Shown here: positions 1 through 8,226 of the stretch, piece by piece | How positions within the stretch are numbered: the stretch's first letter is position 1 | Layout: the number at the start of each line of letters is the position of its first letter | Assembly (NCBI GenBank): GCA_016194975.1 | Contig: JACQAM010000005.1 | Coordinates: forward strand, 85,266-149,265 | Length of the DNA stretch: 64,000 nt | Source of the DNA: Bacteroidota bacterium | GTDB taxonomy: Bacteria > Bacteroidota > Bacteroidia > Palsa-965 | Direction: 5' to 3' | Notes under the pieces: generated by a model | What the model saw: the letters and a program-made list of their open reading frames with translations, nothing else | Told to the model about the DNA's origin: nothing | Databases searched by the model: none | Position numbers and translations under genes: made by a program

Positions 1-31
1 TTTTGAGGGTAGCAACAACTTTCTTAGCCAT
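1..31 (-). CDS. 5' end (partial, continues beyond window) of a small DUF4295-like protein that usually follows rpmG in Bacteroidota; N-terminus reads MAKKVVATLK
   Basis: Reverse complement of 1-31 is ATGGCTAAGAAAGTTGTTGCTACCCTCAAA. It lies immediately downstream of rpmG on the same strand. Recognition is from memory of the conserved N-terminus. Confidence 0.35.
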   Translation of the reverse strand, partial: MAKKVVATLK

Positions 32-47
32 GACTTATTTTTTATGA

Positions 48-230
48 TTATTTGATCTCTTTATGGACCGTCATTTTTTTCAGGATCGGGTTGTATTTTT
101 TCAACTCGATTCGGTCGGGAGAATTCTTCTTATTTTTTGTGGTAATGTAACGGGATGTTCCCGGTTTACCACTTTCCTTGTGTTCGGTACACTCAAGAAT
201 TACCTGTATGCGATTGCCTTTCTTAGCCAT
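48..230 (-). CDS. rpmG: 50S ribosomal protein L33
   Basis: 60-aa product [52 protein letters not shown] is a typical L33 sequence. Confidence 0.9.
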   Translation of the reverse strand: MAKKGNRIQVILECTEHKESGKPGTSRYITTKNKKNSPDRIELKKYNPILKKMTVHKEIK

Positions 231-256
231 TGTTCATTCGTTTTTGTAACGGGAGG

Positions 257-264
257 CAAAGGTA
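257..264 (-). promoter_or_regulatory. Bacteroidota-type -7 promoter box TAccTTTG, 26 nt upstream of the rpmG ATG
   Basis: Minus-strand reading is TACCTTTGCCTCCC. The same TAnnTTTGCCTCCC arrangement recurs upstream of rpmB. Confidence 0.45.
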
Positions 265-358
265 ATGATTGAAGGAGGAAATACCAAGTGCCGGCACAAT
301 TTAGAATTTACAATTTACGATTTTACTTAAAACAATAAATATCAGTGATTTATATTGT

Positions 359-1828
359 TCATTTTGCATCATTAAGATAACTTGTCAAGGCCATCATTTT
401 TTCTATCTCCTCCACCTTTTTAGGAACAGCTTCTGAAAGAACATCGGGAACTCCATTCGTGATGAGCACATCATCTTCGATCCGCACACCGATATTCCAC
501 CATTTCTTATCGCAGGGAGAACCTTCCGGAATATAAATTCCGGGTTCTACAGTGATGATATTATTTGCGACAAGCTTTCCTTCATAGTCTGCATCGTGAA
601 CGTCCAGCCCGATGTGATGCGAAGTTCCGTGCATGAAATACAGATCAAATTGTTCCGGCGAAGAAATTATCCCGAGTTTCATCAGTCCGTCCTGGATCAC
701 TTTCACTGCCGCCTTGTGCGGATCATGAAAATCATTTCCCGCCATACATTTTTTTATCCCGGCTTCCTGCGCCGCCAGAACAATTTCATAAATAAGTTTT
801 TGTTCGGGAGAAAATTTTCCATTCACAGGAAGCGTGCGCGTCACGTCGGCAGAATAACCATGATATTCAGCACCGGCATCCACAACGATCAATTCATTCC
901 CGGTGAATGCGCGCCTGTTGCTCGTATAGTGAAGTATGCATGAATTTTCTCCGGATCCGCAAATGCTGGGATAACCTTCGTATTCGGCGCCGCGCTTTTT
1001 GAATTCATATTCCACAATGGCCTGTACCTGGTATTCCGTCATGTCAGGTTGTAATGCTTTCATCAGTTCAATGTGTCCTGAATCGGTGATATCAATGGCA
1101 CGTTTCAATAATTGTAATTCCGCCGGCTGTTTTACTTTGCGTAACTGCAGGAGCATGCCCGTTAATTGTTCGCCGCCTCTATTTCCATTAGAAGAAAGTT
1201 GTGCCTGAAAAGAATTCTCCATTTCACTTTGCGAACCTAATGGTTCATTTTTTTCAACACTCAAGTCGCGCAACGGAAGAGAAAGCACGTTCACGAATCT
1301 TTTCCAGCCGAAATTGAATTTTGAAAATTCTTTATCCGACAAAACGTTTTTAATTCCAAGAGTTTTCGAAGCTGCTTCCACACCCAGCATTCTGCCGGTC
1401 CATACTTCCTGCGCGGGATCGCGCTCCTGCACGAAAAGAATTTCATTGGTAATTATGGAATCGAATCGTTGCGGTTCTTTGAAGATTACCAATGCGGAAT
1501 TCGGCTCCATATAACCACTGAGATAATACATATCGGGATCCTGGTGAAAATCGAATTCGACATCATTGGAGCGAATGAGTTCTTTATTTGAAAAAATAAC
1601 TGCGGCAGAATTTTCCGGCATCAGTTTGCGTAATGCATCTCTTCTTCCCTTATGAAAATCGGCGCTCAGCAGATCGCTCTCGTAAGAATAATTACTGATC
1701 CTGGAAAAAGAAGAAAAGCAGAAGAGCAGGAAGAGCAACGCAGGAATGATGGCCGTTTTTTTCATTTTGTAATTATTGAGAATTAAAAATACAAAAACGC
1801 CACCTGTTTTTTCTGGTGGCGTTTTCAA
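359..1828 (-). CDS. pepP: Xaa-Pro aminopeptidase (M24B family), secreted, with N-terminal signal peptide
   Basis: HGTSHHIGLDVHD metal-binding motif plus creatinase/prolidase-like N-terminal domain. 489 aa with a hydrophobic leader. Confidence 0.85.
   Translation of the reverse strand: MKTPPEKTGGVFVFLILNNYKMKKTAIIPALLFLLFCFSSFSRISNYSYESDLLSADFHKGRRDALRKLMPENSAAVIFSNKELIRSNDVEFDFHQDPDMYYLSGYMEPNSALVIFKEPQRFDSIITNEILFVQERDPAQEVWTGRMLGVEAASKTLGIKNVLSDKEFSKFNFGWKRFVNVLSLPLRDLSVEKNEPLGSQSEMENSFQAQLSSNGNRGGEQLTGMLLQLRKVKQPAELQLLKRAIDITDSGHIELMKALQPDMTEYQVQAIVEYEFKKRGAEYEGYPSICGSGENSCILHYTSNRRAFTGNELIVVDAGAEYHGYSADVTRTLPVNGKFSPEQKLIYEIVLAAQEAGIKKCMAGNDFHDPHKAAVKVIQDGLMKLGIISSPEQFDLYFMHGTSHHIGLDVHDADYEGKLVANNIITVEPGIYIPEGSPCDKKWWNIGVRIEDDVLITNGVPDVLSEAVPKKVEEIEKMMALTSYLNDAK
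1794..1825 (-). terminator. Rho-independent terminator after rpmB (AAAACGCCACC...GGTGGCGTTTT followed by a T-run on the minus strand)
   Basis: Perfect 11-bp inverted repeat followed by TTTTTGTATTTTT on the coding (minus) strand, between the rpmB 3' end and the pepP start. Confidence 0.6.
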
Positions 1829-1867
1829 TGGTAAGTTAATGATACCGGCGGCAAAAAGCCGTTTTGT

Positions 1868-2104
1868 TTATTTCAGATATCCTTTTGCACGCGCACGTTT
1901 TACCGCTTCGGTGATCCCGATCTTATTGATGGTACGCAATCCGGAAGTGGAAACCTTTATGGTGATCCATTTCTTCTCGGATGGCAAATAGAATTTTTTC
2001 ACCTGTAAGTTCGGCTGAAAAGTACGTTTGGTCTTACGGTTCGAGTGCGACACTTTGTTTCCAACAACCGTGTGCTTTCCTGTGATCTGGCAGACTTTCG
2101 ACAT
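1868..2104 (-). CDS. rpmB: 50S ribosomal protein L28
   Basis: 78-aa product MSKVCQITGKHTVVGNKVSHSNRKTKRTFQPNLQ matches the L28 family. Confidence 0.9.
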   Translation of the reverse strand: MSKVCQITGKHTVVGNKVSHSNRKTKRTFQPNLQVKKFYLPSEKKWITIKVSTSGLRTINKIGITEAVKRARAKGYLK

Positions 2105-2126
2105 GACTTCTTGTTTTTAAGGGAGG

Positions 2127-2134
2127 CAAATGTA
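2127..2134 (-). promoter_or_regulatory. -7 promoter box TAcaTTTG upstream of rpmB
   Basis: Minus-strand reading is TACATTTGCCTCCCTTAAAAAC, 22 nt before the ATG. It shares TTTGCCTCCC with the rpmG leader. Confidence 0.45.
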
Positions 2135-2217
2135 GGGAATTAATGGAAATTCAGAAAATCGCACCCTCCAAATACTTCTCATTATAAAAAAACCAGTCAT
2201 TCAAATTTATTGAAATA

Positions 2218-2718
2218 ATGCCCCTTGTTTTATTGAGAAGAGTTTCAGTATTATTTAAAGTTATGTTATCTTTATTCTACACTGTCCCAATGAAATCTTA
2301 CGAAGCAGAATTACTGAAACATTTCGGTGGTGTTCCGTTCGGAGCATCAACGGAGGTCATCGTTTCTGCCATGGGATCTCCTGAGGAAACCGAAAACCTC
2401 GATTCCGGTGATGGTACTTTAGCCCCTGTTTGGCACTATTGGTCTCGGGGGTTTTCACTTTTTTTCGACAATGAAGACGGAACCCGGTTCTGCTGTGTGG
2501 AAGCCGACAATTCCGTAATACTTAAAATGCTCGATACCCACGTCTTCAAACTCAATGAAGATGAACTGCGCCGCCTAATGAAAAAATATGGTTTTACGCA
2601 GATCGAAGAGGAACTCCATGAATGGGGAGAAAAACGGCTGACCTTCGATGAGGCCAATGTTGATTACTATTTTGAAAAAGGTATTATGGTGTCAATAAAT
2701 TTCGGCGCTATGTTGTGA
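2218..2718 (+). CDS. Hypothetical protein; true start probably the ATG at 2290 (MKSYEAELL...)
   Basis: ORF only, with compact coding-like composition and no recognisable motif. Confidence 0.4.
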   Translation: MPLVLLRRVSVLFKVMLSLFYTVPMKSYEAELLKHFGGVPFGASTEVIVSAMGSPEETENLDSGDGTLAPVWHYWSRGFSLFFDNEDGTRFCCVEADNSVILKMLDTHVFKLNEDELRRLMKKYGFTQIEEELHEWGEKRLTFDEANVDYYFEKGIMVSINFGAML

Positions 2719-2758
2719 TAAAATGCTCACTTTTGCAAAAACAATTTAAAAAACAATC

Positions 2759-3295
2759 ATGCGCATTTTTCTGGTAGGCTTCATGGGAAGCGGCAAATCG
2801 ACAACAGGTGAAGGTCTCGCGAAAGAACTCGGACTCAAATTCATCGATCTCGATAAAGAAATTGAAAAAAAATTCGGCAAAGACATAGCAGCGATCTTTT
2901 CCGGAGATGGAGAAAAACATTTCCGCGATCTCGAAAAACAAACGCTCAACGAACTCATCGAACAGGATGATTTCGTAATGGCTTGCGGTGGCGGAACGGC
3001 CTGCTTCGATGACAACATGGATAAAATGAATGAAGCCGGCGTTACCATTTACATGAAGATGAGTACCGATCATCTTACCGAACGCCTCGAACCACTCGTA
3101 GATTCACGCCCTCTTCTCAATGGAAAAAAAGGACACGAACTCTGGACTTTCGTTCACGAACTTCTCCAGGAACGCGAACCCGATTATCTCCGCGCCAAAT
3201 ACAAAGTGAAAGCGAAAGATCTCAAAGCAGAAGACCTTGCAGAATTTGTGCGACTCTACGAATTGGAAGAAAGCACGAACGAAGAGGAAGAATAA
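2759..3295 (+). CDS. aroK: Shikimate kinase
   Basis: Walker A GFMGSGKST at the N-terminus, ~175 aa, typical AroK layout. It has an acidic C-terminal tail. Confidence 0.85.
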   Translation: MRIFLVGFMGSGKSTTGEGLAKELGLKFIDLDKEIEKKFGKDIAAIFSGDGEKHFRDLEKQTLNELIEQDDFVMACGGGTACFDDNMDKMNEAGVTIYMKMSTDHLTERLEPLVDSRPLLNGKKGHELWTFVHELLQEREPDYLRAKYKVKAKDLKAEDLAEFVRLYELEESTNEEEE

Positions 3296-3394
3296 TAATT
3301 GGTTCCTTATGTTGGATGTGTTGCTTATGTTGGATAGCGATTCCGATCAAACGTCAACGAACGTAACGAACCCAGGAAACCAGGCAACTTTTCA

Positions 3395-5044
3395 ATGAGT
3401 ACCTCCAAATCCGCCACCGACATCACCTTCAATAAAAACGAAGACACGCTCAAGCAGCTGATCTCCGCAATGGAGAAACGCTTTGAAAAAGCGTCACTCG
3501 GTGGTGGAAAAACGCGCATTGAAAAACAACACGAACAGGGAAAACTCACCGCACGCGAGCGCACCGATTATTTATTCGACAAAGATTCCCCACGAATTGA
3601 GATTGGCGCATTTGCCGGCGACGACATGTACAAAGAGTATGGCGGTTGTCCTTCCGGTGGCGTGGTGGTCATGCTCGGTTATGTGAACAAGAGAGAATGT
3701 ATTGTTGTCGCAAATGATGCTACTGTAAAAGCCGGAGCATGGTTTCCCATCACCGGAAAAAAGAATCTTCGCGCACAGGAAATTGCAATGGAAAATCGCC
3801 TGCCCATTATTTATCTCGTGGACAGCGCCGGAGTTTTTCTTCCCATGCAGGATGAGATTTTTCCCGACAAAGAAAATTTCGGCAGAATTTTCCGCAACAA
3901 CGCCATCATGTCGTCAGAAGGAATTCTGCAGATCGCAGCCATCATGGGTTCGTGCGTTGCGGGCGGCGCATACCTGCCCATCATGAGCGACGAAGCGATG
4001 ATCGTCGATAAAACCGGAACAATCTTTCTCGCAGGTTCCTATCTCGTGAAAGCGGCTATCGGAGAAAATATTGACAATGAAACTTTAGGTGGAGCAACTA
4101 CGCACTGCGAAATTTCCGGCGTCACCGATTATAAATGCAAAGACGATAAAGATTGCCTCGACCGCATCCGCAACATTATGGATAAGATCGGCACGTATGA
4201 AAAAGCCGGCTTCAGTCGTGTTAAAACACAACCTCCAAAACTGGATGAAAAAGAAATTCTCGGCATCATTCCCGATTCGCGCGAGAAACCTTACGATATG
4301 AACGAAATTATTCTCCGCCTCGTTGATGATTCTCAATTTGAAGAATACAAAGAACTCTACGGGCAATCCATCGTGTGCGGGCTTGCACGAATAGATGGAT
4401 GGGCGGTTGGAATTGTAGCGAACCAGCGCAAAGTCGTGAAAAGTAAAAAAGGTGAAATGCAATTCGGTGGCGTCATCTATTCCGATTCGGCCGACAAAGC
4501 GGCGCGCTTCATCATGAACTGCAACCAGAAAAAAATTCCCCTTGTTTTTTTACAAGACGTAACCGGCTTCATGGTTGGTTCACGTTCCGAACAGGGAGGA
4601 ATTATTAAAGACGGCGCGAAAATGGTAAATGCAATGAGCAATTCCGTAGTTCCGAAATTCACGATCATCATTGGCAATTCTTACGGCGCAGGAAATTATG
4701 CGATGTGCGGAAAAGCGTACGATCCTCGATTGATCGTAGCGTGGCCCACCGCGCAGATCGCGGTCATGGGCGGAGCGCAGGCAGCAAAAACTTTATTGCA
4801 GATCCAGGTGAGTACGCTCAAAGCGCAGGGAAAAGAAATTACGCCGGAAGATGAAAAAGCTTTACTCAACAAGATCACCGATCGTTACAATGCACAAACT
4901 TCTCCTTACTACGCCGCTGCAAGATTGTGGGTCGACGGAATTATTCATCCACTCGAAACACGCAAATGGATCTCCATGGGAATTGAAGCGGCCGATCACG
5001 CACCCATCTCGAAAAAATATAATGTGGGTGTGATTCAAACTTGA
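3395..5044 (+). CDS. Acyl-CoA carboxylase carboxyltransferase subunit (propionyl-CoA carboxylase beta / methylmalonyl-CoA decarboxylase alpha family)
   Basis: 549 aa with two carboxyltransferase half-domains. Blocks such as GGAYLPIMSDE, GGAQAA and WPTAQIAVMG are characteristic of the family. Confidence 0.85.
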   Translation: MSTSKSATDITFNKNEDTLKQLISAMEKRFEKASLGGGKTRIEKQHEQGKLTARERTDYLFDKDSPRIEIGAFAGDDMYKEYGGCPSGGVVVMLGYVNKRECIVVANDATVKAGAWFPITGKKNLRAQEIAMENRLPIIYLVDSAGVFLPMQDEIFPDKENFGRIFRNNAIMSSEGILQIAAIMGSCVAGGAYLPIMSDEAMIVDKTGTIFLAGSYLVKAAIGENIDNETLGGATTHCEISGVTDYKCKDDKDCLDRIRNIMDKIGTYEKAGFSRVKTQPPKLDEKEILGIIPDSREKPYDMNEIILRLVDDSQFEEYKELYGQSIVCGLARIDGWAVGIVANQRKVVKSKKGEMQFGGVIYSDSADKAARFIMNCNQKKIPLVFLQDVTGFMVGSRSEQGGIIKDGAKMVNAMSNSVVPKFTIIIGNSYGAGNYAMCGKAYDPRLIVAWPTAQIAVMGGAQAAKTLLQIQVSTLKAQGKEITPEDEKALLNKITDRYNAQTSPYYAAARLWVDGIIHPLETRKWISMGIEAADHAPISKKYNVGVIQT

Positions 5045-5101
5045 AATTCAAGATTGAATATTTTTTGTTGTTAAGATTCTATTCTCAAGGTACATTTCCG
5101 A

Positions 5102-6094
5102 GTGCTCTTAAATGAACCCATGTTGCGATCCGGAAAATATTTCATCCCCTTTACTTTCCTGCTTTTATTTTTTCCGCTTACATTTTTTTGCAGAGAATCA
5201 CTAACGGAAATTGAAAACTTCGGCGACAATCCCGGAAATCTTGTTTGTTTCATTCATGTCCCCGACAGTATCCCTTCTCCTATTCCTGTTGTAGTTTCAC
5301 TCCATGGTTGCGGCGAATCGGCGGCCGACTGCGCAAGACTTACGGAATGGAACAAACTCGCTGACAAATACGGTTTCATCGTTATTTATCCGCAACAGAA
5401 ATTACTGAACAATCCCAATGGATGTTTTGACTGGTTCATGCCCGATGATCGCCAGCGTGGAAAAGGTGAGCCGGCTTCCATTGTGGAAATGGTAAATTAT
5501 ACAGAAACAAAATACAAGATCGATTCTACAAAAATTTTCGTCTCCGGACTTTCCGCAGGTGCAGCTATGGCCGATATTCTTCTCGCCACTTATCCTGATA
5601 TTTTTTCGAAGGGCGCCATTTTCGCCGGTGGTGCTTATGGTCTTGTAAATAATGCGGGTGACGCAATTAGTGGAATGAGCGGCGGCATTCACAAAACTCC
5701 GGAGGAACTCGGCGATAAAGTGAGAAACGCAGATCATGGCTATCATGGAAATTATCCCGCCGTGATTATTTTTCAGGGAGAAAAAGATCTTGTCGTTGAT
5801 CCTTCGAATGCAAATGAAATTGTAAAGCAGTGGGCCAACGTTCACGAAACAGATACCATCCCGGATAAAACCGACACCATGTTCAATAACAATCCACTGG
5901 TAACCAATAAAATTTATCTCGACTCTTCAGGAAAAACAGTTGTGAGTATTTTCACTTTCAAAAAAATGGGACATGCTATTCCCGTTGATCCCGGTAATGA
6001 ACCCGGCCAGGGAGGAAAAACCGGAATGTTTGCGAAGGATGTGGATTTTTATTCCATTTATTATGCTGCAAAATTTTTCGGGCTGGTAAAATAA
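5102..6094 (+). CDS. Secreted esterase, PHB-depolymerase / feruloyl-esterase-like alpha/beta hydrolase
   Basis: Signal peptide, LHGCGESA oxyanion-region motif and GLSAGAAMA nucleophile elbow. The start may be the ATG at 5120. Confidence 0.7.
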   Translation: MLLNEPMLRSGKYFIPFTFLLLFFPLTFFCRESLTEIENFGDNPGNLVCFIHVPDSIPSPIPVVVSLHGCGESAADCARLTEWNKLADKYGFIVIYPQQKLLNNPNGCFDWFMPDDRQRGKGEPASIVEMVNYTETKYKIDSTKIFVSGLSAGAAMADILLATYPDIFSKGAIFAGGAYGLVNNAGDAISGMSGGIHKTPEELGDKVRNADHGYHGNYPAVIIFQGEKDLVVDPSNANEIVKQWANVHETDTIPDKTDTMFNNNPLVTNKIYLDSSGKTVVSIFTFKKMGHAIPVDPGNEPGQGGKTGMFAKDVDFYSIYYAAKFFGLVK

Positions 6095-6116
6095 TTCCGG
6101 AAATTTATTTTGTATG

Positions 6117-6203
6117 TCGTTTTGGAGCGGCGGCTGATGTGCAACAAATTCACACCTGTCCTGCTGCGCCCCGGATACCCGGGTCACATCAGGGCTAAAA
6201 AAT
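6117..6203 (+). other. Conserved structured intergenic motif, copy 1 (TTTTGGAGCG ... TGTCCTGC ... GC-hairpin ... TCAGGGCTAAAAAATTCC)
   Basis: Shares ordered blocks with 47632-47722. The internal GC hairpin differs in sequence but is retained in structure. Confidence 0.3.
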
Positions 6204-6257
6204 TCCGTCCGGCTCATTAAATTTCCATTGTAACTTTTCCATGGAATTGCGTTATTC

Positions 6258-7199
6258 ATGCAAATGCGGCGCACTCTGTTATTAATTCCCGTCCTCCTTT
6301 TACTTCTGAGTGCATTCTCACAAAAGCATCCCGACAAAGTGAGAAAGCAACCGAAGTTCAAACTCGTTCCGCCGGGAACAGTTTGGCTGCGCGATAGTGT
6401 TTTCATTGATGAAACTGAAATCAGGAATCTCGATTGGCTGGAATATCTTTATTGGACAAGCCGTGTCAGGAAAGAAAATTATGCTGCTCTTCTTCCTGAC
6501 ACACTCGTCTGGAAAAATTCATGCATCGATTCTTCTTTCAAAAATTACACACAATTCTATCTCCATCATCCCTCGTATAGAAATTGTCCCGTGGCTGGAA
6601 TTTCATACGAGCAGGCAATTGCATTTTGTAAATGGAGAACAGATCGCGTAAATGAATATTACATGGTGAAGCTCGATCACTACGCATGGCCGCAGGCAGA
6701 CTCGCTCACACATTACACGGAACGCGTGCGCTATCGCCTGCCCACGAAAGCAGAATGGGAATATGCCGCATCCGGCGGGCTCAACTCCGGAATGTATCCG
6801 TATGGTTTCGAAAATACTTATGACAAACGGAATATGGTTTGCAGTAACACCAAAGAGATGTATGACATGTTCCGCACGCACAAAGATGTTTTGTACAAAG
6901 TGAAAGGCGGAACTTCGGTCATGCTGCGCTATGGACCCACGCAGGAAGTTTATTCCGGCAAACCGAATTCATTCGGCATTTATAATTTGCTTGGAAATGT
7001 TTCTGAATTGATCGCCGACTCGGTTGTGAAAGGATACAACTATATCACTTATCTCGATGGAACTTATACCGGAAAAGACGCAATGTTCGAACCCCGGTAT
7101 CCCGACTCGCTGAAAAAAGCATATTACAGAAATGATTATAAATATTATGGCCCGCAACCCTGGCTCGGATTCCGTTGCGTGTGCGAAGTGCTGCAATGA
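6258..7199 (+). CDS. Formylglycine-generating-enzyme (SUMF1/FGE-sulfatase) domain protein with signal peptide
   Basis: YRLPTKAEWEYAASGG and the C-terminal GFRCV motif are typical of FGE-sulfatase domains. At 313 aa it is shorter than GldJ/PorK. Confidence 0.7.
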   Translation: MQMRRTLLLIPVLLLLLSAFSQKHPDKVRKQPKFKLVPPGTVWLRDSVFIDETEIRNLDWLEYLYWTSRVRKENYAALLPDTLVWKNSCIDSSFKNYTQFYLHHPSYRNCPVAGISYEQAIAFCKWRTDRVNEYYMVKLDHYAWPQADSLTHYTERVRYRLPTKAEWEYAASGGLNSGMYPYGFENTYDKRNMVCSNTKEMYDMFRTHKDVLYKVKGGTSVMLRYGPTQEVYSGKPNSFGIYNLLGNVSELIADSVVKGYNYITYLDGTYTGKDAMFEPRYPDSLKKAYYRNDYKYYGPQPWLGFRCVCEVLQ

Positions 7200-7216
7200 A
7201 AACCAGAATAATTTTC

Positions 7217-7678
7217 TCATCTCCTGAAGAGTCGTTGATCGAATTCGAATTTTTCTCTTTTCATAATTCTGATCGGGGAAAATTTCCGATGATAAGGATT
7301 CAATAAAAAATTGAAATCGCCAGGCACAACGGCAGAAGGAACTTTAAACACAGCATATTTATTTTCCCTGATGAATTTATTCCCGATCAACTGCGTAGAT
7401 AAAGAATGTGGAAATTTTCTCCAGTCCTCAGGTAGATCTTTTTCGGAAAGGACTTTTATTTTTATTTGCAAAGGGATTTTTATCGTGACAATTTCATAGT
7501 CGGCCGGTACAATTCCCAATGGAAGATGAACCGCAAGTTCAGCGGTACAAAGTGATCGCGATTCGGAAGTGTAAACCATTTTTACGCCCCTGCTGTTCCA
7601 TCTCCCACCGGTTTTTTCAGCGCCTGTTCCGGAAAGAAAATCAGGATAACGATTACTGCCCAGCCGGAAAACAATCAT
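7217..7678 (-). CDS. RES-domain toxin (putative NAD+-degrading) of an Xre-RES type II toxin-antitoxin pair
   Basis: GGRWNSRGVKMVYTSESRSLCTAELAVH carries the R..E..S signature. It is 153 aa and overlaps the upstream antitoxin by 4 nt. Confidence 0.75.
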   Translation of the reverse strand: MIVFRLGSNRYPDFLSGTGAEKTGGRWNSRGVKMVYTSESRSLCTAELAVHLPLGIVPADYEIVTIKIPLQIKIKVLSEKDLPEDWRKFPHSLSTQLIGNKFIRENKYAVFKVPSAVVPGDFNFLLNPYHRKFSPIRIMKREKFEFDQRLFRR

Positions 7679-8094
7679 GCGAGTACGCCGTGTTCAATGC
7701 GCGAGAGTTCGTCTTTGATGAGGCTTATACCCACAGAACTTCCAAGTAAAGAGCGCGGAGATTTACCGCCAAGTGAAATATTAGCTGAACTCAGCCAGGT
7801 AAAATAATTTTCCTCGCTACCGAACACCCGCACGCCTTTATTGAAAAGCAATACAAGTTCCAGGATGCGTTCTGAATGCAATGGATCGAATTTGAGTTTG
7901 TATTTACGGTAACGGTGAAGCGTTCTTTCTGAAAGATGGAGAAAACCTGCCCAATCCTCTACGGAAAGCGGGATACGATGCGTGATCTGGTTGAAGATTC
8001 CATAGGTGATGCCCTGCTCAGCAAAGGTCATCAGGTTTTCCTGACTGAATGATTCGAGATCAGGAATTGAATAGGGCTTGGGTTTCTTTTTCAT
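7675..8094 (-). CDS. Xre/MbcA/ParS-type antitoxin (DUF2384-like) partner of the RES toxin
   Basis: 139 aa. The conserved C-terminal block GKSPRSLLGSSVGISLIKDELSRIEHGV is typical of RES-associated antitoxins. It is translationally coupled to the toxin. Confidence 0.75.
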   Translation of the reverse strand: MKKKPKPYSIPDLESFSQENLMTFAEQGITYGIFNQITHRIPLSVEDWAGFLHLSERTLHRYRKYKLKFDPLHSERILELVLLFNKGVRVFGSEENYFTWLSSANISLGGKSPRSLLGSSVGISLIKDELSRIEHGVLA

Positions 8095-8099
8095 AATCT

Positions 8100-8142
8100 G
8101 ACATTTGTCTCAAATTTATAGACATTTGTCATATTTTCCAAA
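8100..8142 (-). promoter_or_regulatory. Promoter and operator of the Xre-RES operon: two GACATTTGTC palindromes flank the -7 box TAAATTTG, with a -33 TTTG 20 nt upstream
   Basis: Palindromes lie at 8100-8109 and 8121-8130 (21-bp spacing). CAAATTTA at 8111-8118 reads TAAATTTG on the minus strand. CAAA at 8139-8142 is the -33 element. Confidence 0.5.
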
Positions 8143-8226
8143 TCTTAATCAAAACAAATCATACCCTGTCAATGCCAGAGTCGGTTACTTTCCATGGTGA
8201 TCCGAAATGTGCGATTGAGTTTTTGA

